Of a stretch of DNA of 58,057 bases, positions 13,210 to 21,162 are shown piece after piece; within the stretch, counting starts at the first letter, position 1, and each line of letters begins with the position of its first letter. Origin of the DNA: Armatimonadota bacterium (GTDB lineage: Bacteria; Armatimonadota; Armatimonadia; Armatimonadales; Armatimonadaceae); NCBI GenBank assembly GCA_043754515.1, contig JAYUUO010000030.1, positions 1 to 58,057 on the forward strand, read 5' to 3'. The translations under genes were made by a program, and so were the position numbers. Under the pieces are notes generated by a model. The model was not told the DNA's origin. It ran no database searches and was given only the letters and a program-made list of their open reading frames with translations.

Positions 13210-14214
13210 ATGAAAAACCGCACCCAACACGCCTTTACCCTGATTGAGCTACTTGTCGTAATTATTATAATCGCTATTCTCGCCGCTATCTTATTCTTTG
13301 TGTTTGCCCAGGCTCGCGAGAAGGCGCGACAGACTTCCTGCCTCTCCAACACCAAGCAGATGGGACTTGGCATCATGATGTATTCGCAGGACTTTGACGA
13401 AACACTATGCCCTGCTTACGGTGACTACGGTTGCCACCCCACCGGGTCCGGGTGCGATGACACCGACATTCAAAGCTAGAGCGGGACGATCCAGCCGTAT
13501 GTGAAGAATGTCGCCATGTTCGTCTGCCCGTCGGATAAGGTCGGCGGACAAGCCCCGACAAACTGTCTGCCCGGAAATCAGGGCGTGGGCGTGCCCGATG
13601 GGGCACTGCCCGGCGGCTATCCCGGCCAGGACAATCAGGCTCCGCGCCTATCGTACGGTGTCAACGAGCAACTCATGCCCCGTCCTCGCGGCGGCGTTGC
13701 CGAAACAACGTTCGCTGGTGACACTCCGCAACCGGTTGTTCCCATCAGCGATATTGACGCACCCGCTAGTACTATTATGATATTCGAGTTCACCGACTAC
13801 CTGAACGCCCTCTCCGGCGGCGGTCCCGGCGGCGTCAAGTTCAAGTCTCACCGCCCCGCAAACGTTCTCTCCACGGCGGCGGGTAGCGACGGTCTGAACC
13901 CTTACGACACTAGCAAAGCGATGACCGCGGCCAACTACTACACGATTGACAAAGCGGGCATGGCGGCGGTGTTCGCCGCGGCACCGAAGGTTCCCTTCGG
14001 CGATGCGACTTATAACCACTTGATTTACACGAACGCCGGACGCCATAGCGGTGGAGTCAACTATGACTTCGCGGACGGACATTCCAAATGGTACAAGCCT
14101 GAGCAGACCATCAACTGCAACAGCTTCCTGTGGGGCAAGAAGATTTATTCCAACGCCCTTAAGCAGGATGTCCTTTGCGCCGAAACCGGGAACGTCGGTA
14201 CAAAAGTTCAATGA
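13210..14214 (+). pseudogene. Prepilin-type N-terminal cleavage/methylation + H-X9-DG (DUF1559-like) protein with an internal amber stop
   Basis: [11 protein letters not shown]...[16 protein letters not shown], in-frame TAG at 13477-13479, then SGTIQPYVKN..FVCPSD and RHSGGVNYDFADGHSK. Confidence 0.85.
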
Positions 14215-14292
14215 TGTCCATACCGCTGACTTGTGAATAGTCAACGGTTGAGATAGTCGGATGACGCTCCGGGGGGTGCCGTCACCTGGCCG

Positions 14293-14345
14293 ACAGCGGG
14301 TTCTGTAGCACAGCCTACAGGACCCACTGTTTATTCGATTTTTTG
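14293..14345 (+). terminator. Probable intrinsic terminator
   Basis: ACAGcGGGTtCTGTAG / CTACAGgACCCaCTGT stem followed by a T-rich tract. Confidence 0.6.
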
Positions 14346-14453
14346 CTGAAACTTAACTTTACTTAAACCTTTGACGCGTGATATGTGGGATACTGACGGC
14401 ATTCAAACCATCAAGGAACGAAGCAGGTCCCGCTCGGCCGTTGCTACTGACCG

Positions 14454-14506
14454 TTGTCACGCTGTGCGGGAAAAGGTATAATTCCATGCTTCTGAAAATA
14501 TAGAAG
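14454..14506 (+). promoter_or_regulatory. Sigma-70 promoter and candidate operator for arsR1
   Basis: TTGTCA (14454) -17 nt- TATAAT (14477), followed by the inverted repeat CTTCT-N8-AGAAG (14489-14506). Confidence 0.65.
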
Positions 14507-14880
14507 TGAAAACTGAAGAGAACGAAGACGGTCGGGAAACGGAAATGACAAGAGCGTTCAAAGCACTCGGGGACAAAACGCGACTACGCATCTTTTCATT
14601 TCTGCGTGCCTGCCATGGCGCGGTGACGATAGACGGCGGCGAGGCGAGGCTTGTGGATGGTCCGACAGTCGGAGACATCTGTTGCCATCTGACGGGTGAG
14701 GATAAGATAAGTTCTGTCGTCTCTTTCCACCTTAAAGAACTGCGGAACGCGGGTCTGATAGTGATGGAGCGGAGGGGACGGAAGATGGTCTGTTTTCCCA
14801 ACCCGGAGGTGATGGATCGGATCTCGGCCTATCTCACCGACGCCCAGAGTGGCGCGGATTGTCCCTGCCCCCCTTCCTAA
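14506..14880 (+). CDS. arsR: ArsR/SmtB family transcriptional repressor, paralog 1
   Basis: FKALGDKTRLRI...VSFHLKELRNAGLIVMERRGR. Contains a Cys pair (ICCH) and a C-terminal CPC. Confidence 0.88.
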   Translation: MKTEENEDGRETEMTRAFKALGDKTRLRIFSFLRACHGAVTIDGGEARLVDGPTVGDICCHLTGEDKISSVVSFHLKELRNAGLIVMERRGRKMVCFPNPEVMDRISAYLTDAQSGADCPCPPS

Positions 14881-14944
14881 AATATGCAGAGCGCGTAGCG
14901 AATTGTCGGTTTCCGTTCCCTCCCGTTCACCGGGAGACAGAAAG

Positions 14945-15718
14945 ATGCGGCGGGAAAAGATTTCAGACCAGATCGGGCACGCGGAAACACCTGTTTTTCC
15001 GGTTCATGGTCTTGTGGAGAGTTGCCCCGTGTTGAACATACATCGCCTTATAGCGTCGGGTCTGCTTCGACCCGGCGTGGCGTTCGTATGGGGCTGGGGC
15101 GAGCCGATCAGCGATTGCGCCCAGGTGACTGTGTCCGCGCAATGCCTCTCGCTCCGGTACGGACGCGTGGCGACGGGCGAAGTCACGGCACTTTGCATAC
15201 CCCTCGAATATGTGGTCGCCCAGTTCGGGGGGTTGCGTCCGACGCTGGTCTGCCCACTCTGCAACAAAGGCTTCTACGGGTTGTATCTCTTCAACGACAC
15301 GTTCGCTTGCCAGCAATGTCATGGTCTCCGTTATTCCCGTGCCACCGACGAATCGCCCGAGCAACGCGAGGCCCGGAAGCAGGGGCGGTTGAGGCGGCGG
15401 GTGCTGGATGTCGCGTACGCCGCCCCACCGGGCGCGATGGTTTGGGTGGTCGAACCCGGCCCTGAGTCGAGTCGGCCCAACGTCCTCGCCGCTTCTCACG
15501 AAGCGTGTACGGCACTGGTGGCTTCGACCACGGCGGGGGTAAGAACGGCGCGGCTTGAGGACGGGTTACGTGTGCGCGAAGCGCACCCTGTCACCGCAGG
15601 CATGGTCAATCCGGCGACCCAGGGGAACGGCGGACGCCCCCGCGTGCCGTTGTCGGAGGTGCCCTGTACTTGCGGTCGCGGTCGGGAGATAGAAGGACAC
15701 GCGGCCGTCTGTAAATAG
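14945..15718 (+). CDS. Hypothetical zinc-ribbon protein of a type often seen in mobile DNA
   Basis: FGGLRPTLVCPLC...LY...FACQQCHGLRY and a C-terminal CTC..H...C motif. Start is uncertain (14849-14945). Confidence 0.6.
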   Translation: MRREKISDQIGHAETPVFPVHGLVESCPVLNIHRLIASGLLRPGVAFVWGWGEPISDCAQVTVSAQCLSLRYGRVATGEVTALCIPLEYVVAQFGGLRPTLVCPLCNKGFYGLYLFNDTFACQQCHGLRYSRATDESPEQREARKQGRLRRRVLDVAYAAPPGAMVWVVEPGPESSRPNVLAASHEACTALVASTTAGVRTARLEDGLRVREAHPVTAGMVNPATQGNGGRPRVPLSEVPCTCGRGREIEGHAAVCK

Positions 15719-15856
15719 GCGCAAGCCTTGCGTCGCCGCAGACAAAGTCCCCTACTCTTCGACGAGCAAGAGGCACTGTCGGAGGGGACCCTCAAACCTT
15801 CCGCGCACACCGGTAATCGGTCCCCGAAAAATACTTCGTTATTTCCCGAAATATTC

Positions 15857-15913
15857 TTGACAGGGCGGAAAACGCAGGCTACAATCATTTCGCCTCATGG
15901 CGAATCGAATGAT
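15857..15913 (+). promoter_or_regulatory. Sigma-70 promoter and candidate ArsR operator for the ars operon
   Basis: TTGACA (15857) -17 nt- TACAAT (15880). Inverted repeat TTCGCC-N4-GGCGAA (15889-15904) nested in ATCATT...AATGAT over the predicted start site. Confidence 0.75.
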
Positions 15914-15940
15914 ACACGGTCCAGCCCGGAAAGGACGATT

Positions 15941-16333
15941 ATGGGATGCCAGAATCAGCCAGCAAGTTTGGAAGGGACCTGTCACGGCGAGGCGGGAATG
16001 CCCGCGCTTGAACCTCGATCAACTACCCCGGCGGATTACGCGGCGATATTTAAAGCACTCGGAGATCCGACCCGTTTGCGAATCTTCAAGTTTCTGATGG
16101 GGACGTGTTGCCCGGTCGCGGTAGACTACCAGGGCAACGTCTCGCATGTATCGGGGCCGAGTGTGGGCGAAGTGTGTTGCCACATCACTGGCAAAGAGCG
16201 CGTGACGTCCACCGTCTCCGAACACCTGAAAGAGTTGCGACTCGCGAAACTTATCACCATGGAGCGGCGCGGTAAGAACGTCATCTGCGCGGTCAGTTCC
16301 CCCGCGCCAGCTCTTCTGACGCGGTTATTCTAG
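15941..16333 (+). CDS. arsR: ArsR/SmtB family transcriptional repressor, paralog 2
   Basis: FKALGDPTRLRI...TVSEHLKELRLAKLITMERRGK. AAGGA RBS before ATG 15941. Two CC pairs. Confidence 0.88.
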   Translation: MGCQNQPASLEGTCHGEAGMPALEPRSTTPADYAAIFKALGDPTRLRIFKFLMGTCCPVAVDYQGNVSHVSGPSVGEVCCHITGKERVTSTVSEHLKELRLAKLITMERRGKNVICAVSSPAPALLTRLF

Positions 16334-16410
16334 GAGGAGCCGGAGTCGCCGTCCTGAGAAGCATTCATTATTACCATGCGGTCAGCATCGTTAGTAAAGG
16401 AAAATGACAG

Positions 16411-17355
16411 ATGAATACACCCAACGTGGTTGAGTCTCTCGTTCGAGAAACGAGCGGCACCGGATTGTTAGATCGTGGCGACGTGCGCGAGATCGTGCGC
16501 CAGAAATACGGCGAGGCGGCACTTTCCGTGCTTTCGGGGCAAGGTGCCGCGTGTTGCGGGGGCAACGCGAACGGTGGCGGTGGCGACTCCTGTTGTGAAA
16601 GTAGTAGCATCACCGGCAACCTGTACTCCGAAACCGAGGCGGGGGAGATCCCAGAATTCGCCCTGCTCGCGTCGCTCGGTTGCGGCAACCCGACCGCGCT
16701 CGCGCAACTCAGACAGGGCGAGAAGGTGCTCGATCTTGGGAGCGGCGGCGGGATTGATGTGCTATTGTCGGCGCGGCGTGTCGGGCCGACGGGCTGGGCG
16801 TTCGGCCTAGATATGACCGACGCCATGCTGACGCTCGCCGAGCGGAATAAAGCCGAGGCGGGCGCGACGAACGTTTCCTTTTTGAAGGGGCATATCGAAG
16901 CGATCCCGCTCCCGGCAGACTCGGTGGATGTGATCATCTCGAACTGCGTGATCAACCTGTCGGGGGATAAGGACGCGGTTTTAAGCGAGGCGTTCCGGGT
17001 GCTGAAGCCGGGCGGGCGATTCGCCGTCTCCGATGTGGTTGTGGAGGGAACACTCCCTGACGCGGTGCGGGGCGACATGGAAGCGTTTGTCGGTTGCGTC
17101 GCGGGTGCCCTGGAATCGTCGGATTATCTGGCGCGGCTCGCTGGGGCCGGGTTCATAAATGCTAGTATCGAGCCGACGCGCCGCTACACCTTCGCCGATC
17201 TGGAGGCGAGCGGGACGTGCGCCTCTCCCGCTACCCGTGCGCTTCCCGCCGACGAACGGGCGGCACTCGACGGGCGGATCATGGGCACTTTCATCCGCGC
17301 CGAAAAGCCGAACGTCGCGACGGGCACCTGTTGCGGTCCGACCTGTTGCTCGTAA
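16411..17355 (+). CDS. arsM: Arsenite S-adenosylmethionine methyltransferase
   Basis: SLGCGNP, VLDLGSGGGID, IISNCVINL, GCVAGAL, Cys-rich termini. Confidence 0.95.
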   Translation: MNTPNVVESLVRETSGTGLLDRGDVREIVRQKYGEAALSVLSGQGAACCGGNANGGGGDSCCESSSITGNLYSETEAGEIPEFALLASLGCGNPTALAQLRQGEKVLDLGSGGGIDVLLSARRVGPTGWAFGLDMTDAMLTLAERNKAEAGATNVSFLKGHIEAIPLPADSVDVIISNCVINLSGDKDAVLSEAFRVLKPGGRFAVSDVVVEGTLPDAVRGDMEAFVGCVAGALESSDYLARLAGAGFINASIEPTRRYTFADLEASGTCASPATRALPADERAALDGRIMGTFIRAEKPNVATGTCCGPTCCS

Positions 17356-17393
17356 AGCGGCGTTACCGAATTCCCTAACGAAAGAAGACTACG

Positions 17394-17882
17394 ATGAAAC
17401 TTAGCCAGTTGAAAACCCTGCTACAAACGCACCGGGACAAGCAGTTCCGTCTGCTGTTACCCGAGGAAGCGCCCGTGCCGATCTCGTTCCACATTACAGA
17501 GGTCGGGCACGTCACGAAACGGTTCATGGATTGCGGCGGGCGCGTCCACTTCACCCAAGCGTGCCAGTTGCAAGCGTGGGTTAGCGATGACACCACCGAT
17601 CAAGAAACGCACCGGATCGCGGCGGGCAAGATGGCCGATGTGCTGGATCGCGCGGTTCGCGTCCTGCCGGAGGGTCAAGACCTGGACGTCGAGATCGAGT
17701 ACGAAGACGCCCGCGTGTCGCAGTTCCCCGTGTCGGACTTCGCCGTGACGGACGATGCCGTGGTGCTCCGCCTGTCCGACAAGCACACCGACTGCCTAGC
17801 AAAGGACGTTTGCCTCCCCCAGCCGAAAGTGTTGAGCATGGCGGAGAGCGGCGGTTGTAGTTGCGGACCCTCTGGTTGCTAG
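17394..17882 (+). CDS. DUF6428-like Cys-rich protein of arsenic operons
   Basis: FHITEVG..TKRFMDCGG, QLQAWV..D..HR, EIEY, HTDCLAKDVC...CSCGPSGC. Confidence 0.75.
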   Translation: MKLSQLKTLLQTHRDKQFRLLLPEEAPVPISFHITEVGHVTKRFMDCGGRVHFTQACQLQAWVSDDTTDQETHRIAAGKMADVLDRAVRVLPEGQDLDVEIEYEDARVSQFPVSDFAVTDDAVVLRLSDKHTDCLAKDVCLPQPKVLSMAESGGCSCGPSGC

Positions 17883-18069
17883 CACATTTGAAACGATCGA
17901 AGTAGTTCACGGCGAGCAGGGTGATCCGATCCGAGCAGATTCATCATCCCCACGACGTCAAGGCAACTTGTGGACGTCTCGTGGGAACGGGGTTGACGTC
18001 CTACTTCGCGGAGTATTTGCGGGCGGGCGGGAACGTCACGCCTTCGATAGACAGCGAGGATAAACAATC

Positions 18070-18480
18070 ATGAAAACGGTACTTTTCGTTTGTGTTCATA
18101 ACGCGGGCCGATCCCAGATGGCGGAAGCGTTCGTGAACTACTACGCCCGCGAGCGGGTGCTTGCCGTTCGCGGCGAGTCGGCGGGCACGGTGGCGGGCGC
18201 GGCGGTCAACCCCGTCGCCATGGCGGTGATGGCGGAGCTCGGCATCTCGATGGACGGACAGCATCCAAAACAACTGACGGAGGAGTTGTCGGACGCCGCC
18301 GACCGCGTGATCACTATGGGTTGCGGGGTGGACGCCGAATCATGTCCCGCCCGCGTCCGCCCCCTGCTGGAAGATTGGGGACTGGACGATCCAAAGGGCC
18401 AATCGGTCGAAGTCGTACGGGCGATCCGCGACCAGATCCGGGACAAGGTGGAAGTTCTGCTCACCGAGATGACGGCGTGA
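18070..18480 (+). CDS. arsC: Arsenate reductase, LMW-PTP fold
   Basis: FVCVHNAGRSQMAEA P-loop, TMGCG...CP, DWGLDDP. Confidence 0.92.
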   Translation: MKTVLFVCVHNAGRSQMAEAFVNYYARERVLAVRGESAGTVAGAAVNPVAMAVMAELGISMDGQHPKQLTEELSDAADRVITMGCGVDAESCPARVRPLLEDWGLDDPKGQSVEVVRAIRDQIRDKVEVLLTEMTA

Positions 18481-19208
18481 CCGATACCCATGCGGTTGCA
18501 ATGCGGAGGCGGTACCTCGCGGAGATGATCGGCACATTCGGGATCGTGTTCGCCCCCGTCGCTCTCTCGGCTTCGGGACACCTGGCGGGCGGCGATGGCT
18601 CGCTCGCGGCGGCTTCCTGGGCGTCGGGCCTTTCGGTGCTGGCGATGATCTACGCCCTGGGCCATATCAGTGCGGCGCATTTCAACCCGGCCGTGACGCT
18701 CGGCTTCGCCGTGGCTCGTCGGTTCCCGTGGCGGTATGTGCTCCCGTATTGGGCGGCGCAGTTCGCGGGCGGCGTCCTCGCGGCGGCACTGACGGCTCTG
18801 CTCTTTGGTGGCCTGGTACACGGCGTTCATATACCCGCCACGTCTTTATCCTCTCTTCACGCGGCCGGGATCGAGGCGACCTTGACATTTCTCCTGATGC
18901 TCGTGATCATCTCCGTCGCGACTGATAAGCGGGTCAACGGCGCGGTGCCCGGTCTCGCCATCGGTCTTGCCGTGGTATTTCTGGTGTGGATCGGTGGACC
19001 GGCTACGGGCGGCTCGATGAACCCCGCGCGCTCGTTCGGCCCAGCCCTGCTGGCGGGCGGGGTGCCACTCGCCGCGTGGTGGATCTATCTCGTCGGCCCG
19101 TGCCTGGGCGCGTCGGGCGCGGCATGGTTCTACGAAGCGATACGCGGCGAGATCGGTCACGCGCAAGGGGCACCCAATGATCTGGCGGTGGCTCTGGAAT
19201 CTGTATGA
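18477..19208 (+). CDS. Aquaporin/MIP channel, probable arsenite channel (AqpS-like role)
   Basis: HISAAHFNPAVT and GGSMNPARSFGP. GTGA overlap with arsC. Confidence 0.93.
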   Translation: MTDTHAVAMRRRYLAEMIGTFGIVFAPVALSASGHLAGGDGSLAAASWASGLSVLAMIYALGHISAAHFNPAVTLGFAVARRFPWRYVLPYWAAQFAGGVLAAALTALLFGGLVHGVHIPATSLSSLHAAGIEATLTFLLMLVIISVATDKRVNGAVPGLAIGLAVVFLVWIGGPATGGSMNPARSFGPALLAGGVPLAAWWIYLVGPCLGASGAAWFYEAIRGEIGHAQGAPNDLAVALESV

Positions 19209-21056
19209 CTACTTATTGGGCTTCGCGAGACGGGCGCGGGCGGGGGGCGACGGGACGTCGCTTTGCGTACCCCCTGCCAGATCGGTCGCGGGCAGTGTCA
19301 GGATCTCGCTCCGGTACAATTGTCGCGACAGGGAGTACAGAGCGTCGGTCGCCGAGACCATGCACGCTTCAATAGCACTCAAATCGGCGTCGGTTTCCGC
19401 GAGGCTCTGGCGCAAAAGGGACAGCGCGGAGCGGGTCGCCTCCAGAAAACTGGCGTCAATGTCGTCCCGCTTTTCCGCCTCCCGGATCGTGCGGTACGCG
19501 CCGTAGAGGAGCAGATCAGCGGCGTTGATCGCCTCCTGGCGGTCTCTCTTTTGCCGGTCGGCGGCGGCGTGTAGCACCGCATTTGCCACCATCTGGTCCA
19601 CCTCGTCGCTACTTAATCCCCCTGATGCACGCACGGTCACGCGCCGTGCCAGCCCGGTCGTGGCGTCTTTCGCGGACACCTGCACGATACCACTCGCGTC
19701 AATGTCGAACGACACCGCGATTTGGGGGAATCCGCGCGGGGCGGGCGGGATGCCTTCCAGCGCGAACCGCCCGAGCGAGCGGTTATCGTCCGCCATGTCC
19801 CGCTCCCCTTGCACGACGTGGATGTCTACCGCGCTTTGCCCGTCCTCGCCGGTGGTGAAGATTTCGGTGCGCGTGGTCGGTATCGCGGTGTTACGCGCGA
19901 TCAGTCGCGTGGCAACCCCGCCGACGGTCTCCACGCTGAGCGAGAGCGGCGTGACGTCGAGGAGTTGGAGGTTTTTCTTCTCGCCGGTCAGAATTCCCGC
20001 TTGCACGGCGGCACCGAGCGCGACCACTTCGTCGGGGTTGGTGCCCCGGAACGGCTCCCTACCGAAGAAGTTACGGACGAGATCCTGCACGGCGGGCATC
20101 CGCGTCGAGCCGCCGACCAGAACGACTCGGTCGATTTCGGCGGGCTTCATCTTAGCGTCGCGCAACGCCTGGCGCGTCGGGATCATCAGCCGCTCGCGCA
20201 GGTCGTCGGTTAAATACTCAAGCCGGGCGCGGGTCAGCGTCACGTCTATATGCGCGGAACCCGCGGTGGTCTGCGCCAGAAACGGCAGATTAATCGGCGT
20301 CGCCGAGAGCGTCGAGAGTTCCGTCTTTGCCTTTTCGCTGGCATCTTTGAGCCGTTGCATCGCGATCCGGTCGCCGCGCACGTCAATCCCGGTCTCCTGT
20401 TCGAACTGATCGGTCAATTCGTCAATTACGCGCTCGTCCCAGTCGTCACCACCCAGATGTGTGTCGCCACAGGTCGCCTTCACCGTGAATGTGCCGTCGC
20501 CCCCGATGCGCAAGATCGAAACGTCGAAAGTACCGCCGCCGAGGTCCCAGACGAGGAGCGTGTGCGGCTCGGTTTTATCCAGTCCGTACGCCAGTGCCGC
20601 CGCCGTCGGCTCGTTGATGATGTGCAGGACGTCCAGTCCGGCAATGCGCCCCGCGTCTTTGGTGGCTTGCCGCTGTCCGTCGTTGAAGTAGGCAGGAACG
20701 GTAATCACCGCCCGCGTGACAGGTTGACCCAGGTACGCTTCCGCGTCGGTCTTGAGTTTTTGCAGGATCATCGCGGAGATCTCACTCGGCGAAAAAGACG
20801 ATTTGTCAATGGTGATCCGATACTCGGGGTCACCCATGTGCCGCTTGATGCCCGCGACGGTGCGCTCCGGCGCGGTGATCGCCTGCCGCTTAGCCAGGCT
20901 CCCGACGAGGCGTTCCCCGGCACGCGTGAAGCCGACAACAGACGGGCAAAGCCGCGCCCCCTCGGCGAGTGGGATTACGACCGGCTCGCCGTTCTCCAGA
21001 ACCGCGACCACGGAGTTGGTGGTGCCCAAATCAATACCGACGGTCTTGTCGCTCAT
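19209..21056 (-). CDS. dnaK: Hsp70/DnaK-family chaperone, stand-alone paralog
   Basis: GIDLGTTNS, TVPAYF, NEPTAAALAYG, DLGGGTFD, LVGGSTRMP, DVTPLSL. Confidence 0.93.
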   Translation of the reverse strand: MSDKTVGIDLGTTNSVVAVLENGEPVVIPLAEGARLCPSVVGFTRAGERLVGSLAKRQAITAPERTVAGIKRHMGDPEYRITIDKSSFSPSEISAMILQKLKTDAEAYLGQPVTRAVITVPAYFNDGQRQATKDAGRIAGLDVLHIINEPTAAALAYGLDKTEPHTLLVWDLGGGTFDVSILRIGGDGTFTVKATCGDTHLGGDDWDERVIDELTDQFEQETGIDVRGDRIAMQRLKDASEKAKTELSTLSATPINLPFLAQTTAGSAHIDVTLTRARLEYLTDDLRERLMIPTRQALRDAKMKPAEIDRVVLVGGSTRMPAVQDLVRNFFGREPFRGTNPDEVVALGAAVQAGILTGEKKNLQLLDVTPLSLSVETVGGVATRLIARNTAIPTTRTEIFTTGEDGQSAVDIHVVQGERDMADDNRSLGRFALEGIPPAPRGFPQIAVSFDIDASGIVQVSAKDATTGLARRVTVRASGGLSSDEVDQMVANAVLHAAADRQKRDRQEAINAADLLLYGAYRTIREAEKRDDIDASFLEATRSALSLLRQSLAETDADLSAIEACMVSATDALYSLSRQLYRSEILTLPATDLAGGTQSDVPSPPARARLAKPNK

Positions 21057-21162
21057 AAAAGCACGTGTTGAACGCTCCTAAAGAACCGAATATGTCGTAC
21101 GTCAGACGGCCGCGCGATTCGTGGCGAACCATATCGCGTTCCGCCGTGCTATAATCCGCGTA

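Noticed and set aside
17883..18069. Additional small ars gene between the DUF6428-like gene and arsC
   Set aside because: Translations in the frames I checked show no recognisable motif or good RBS.
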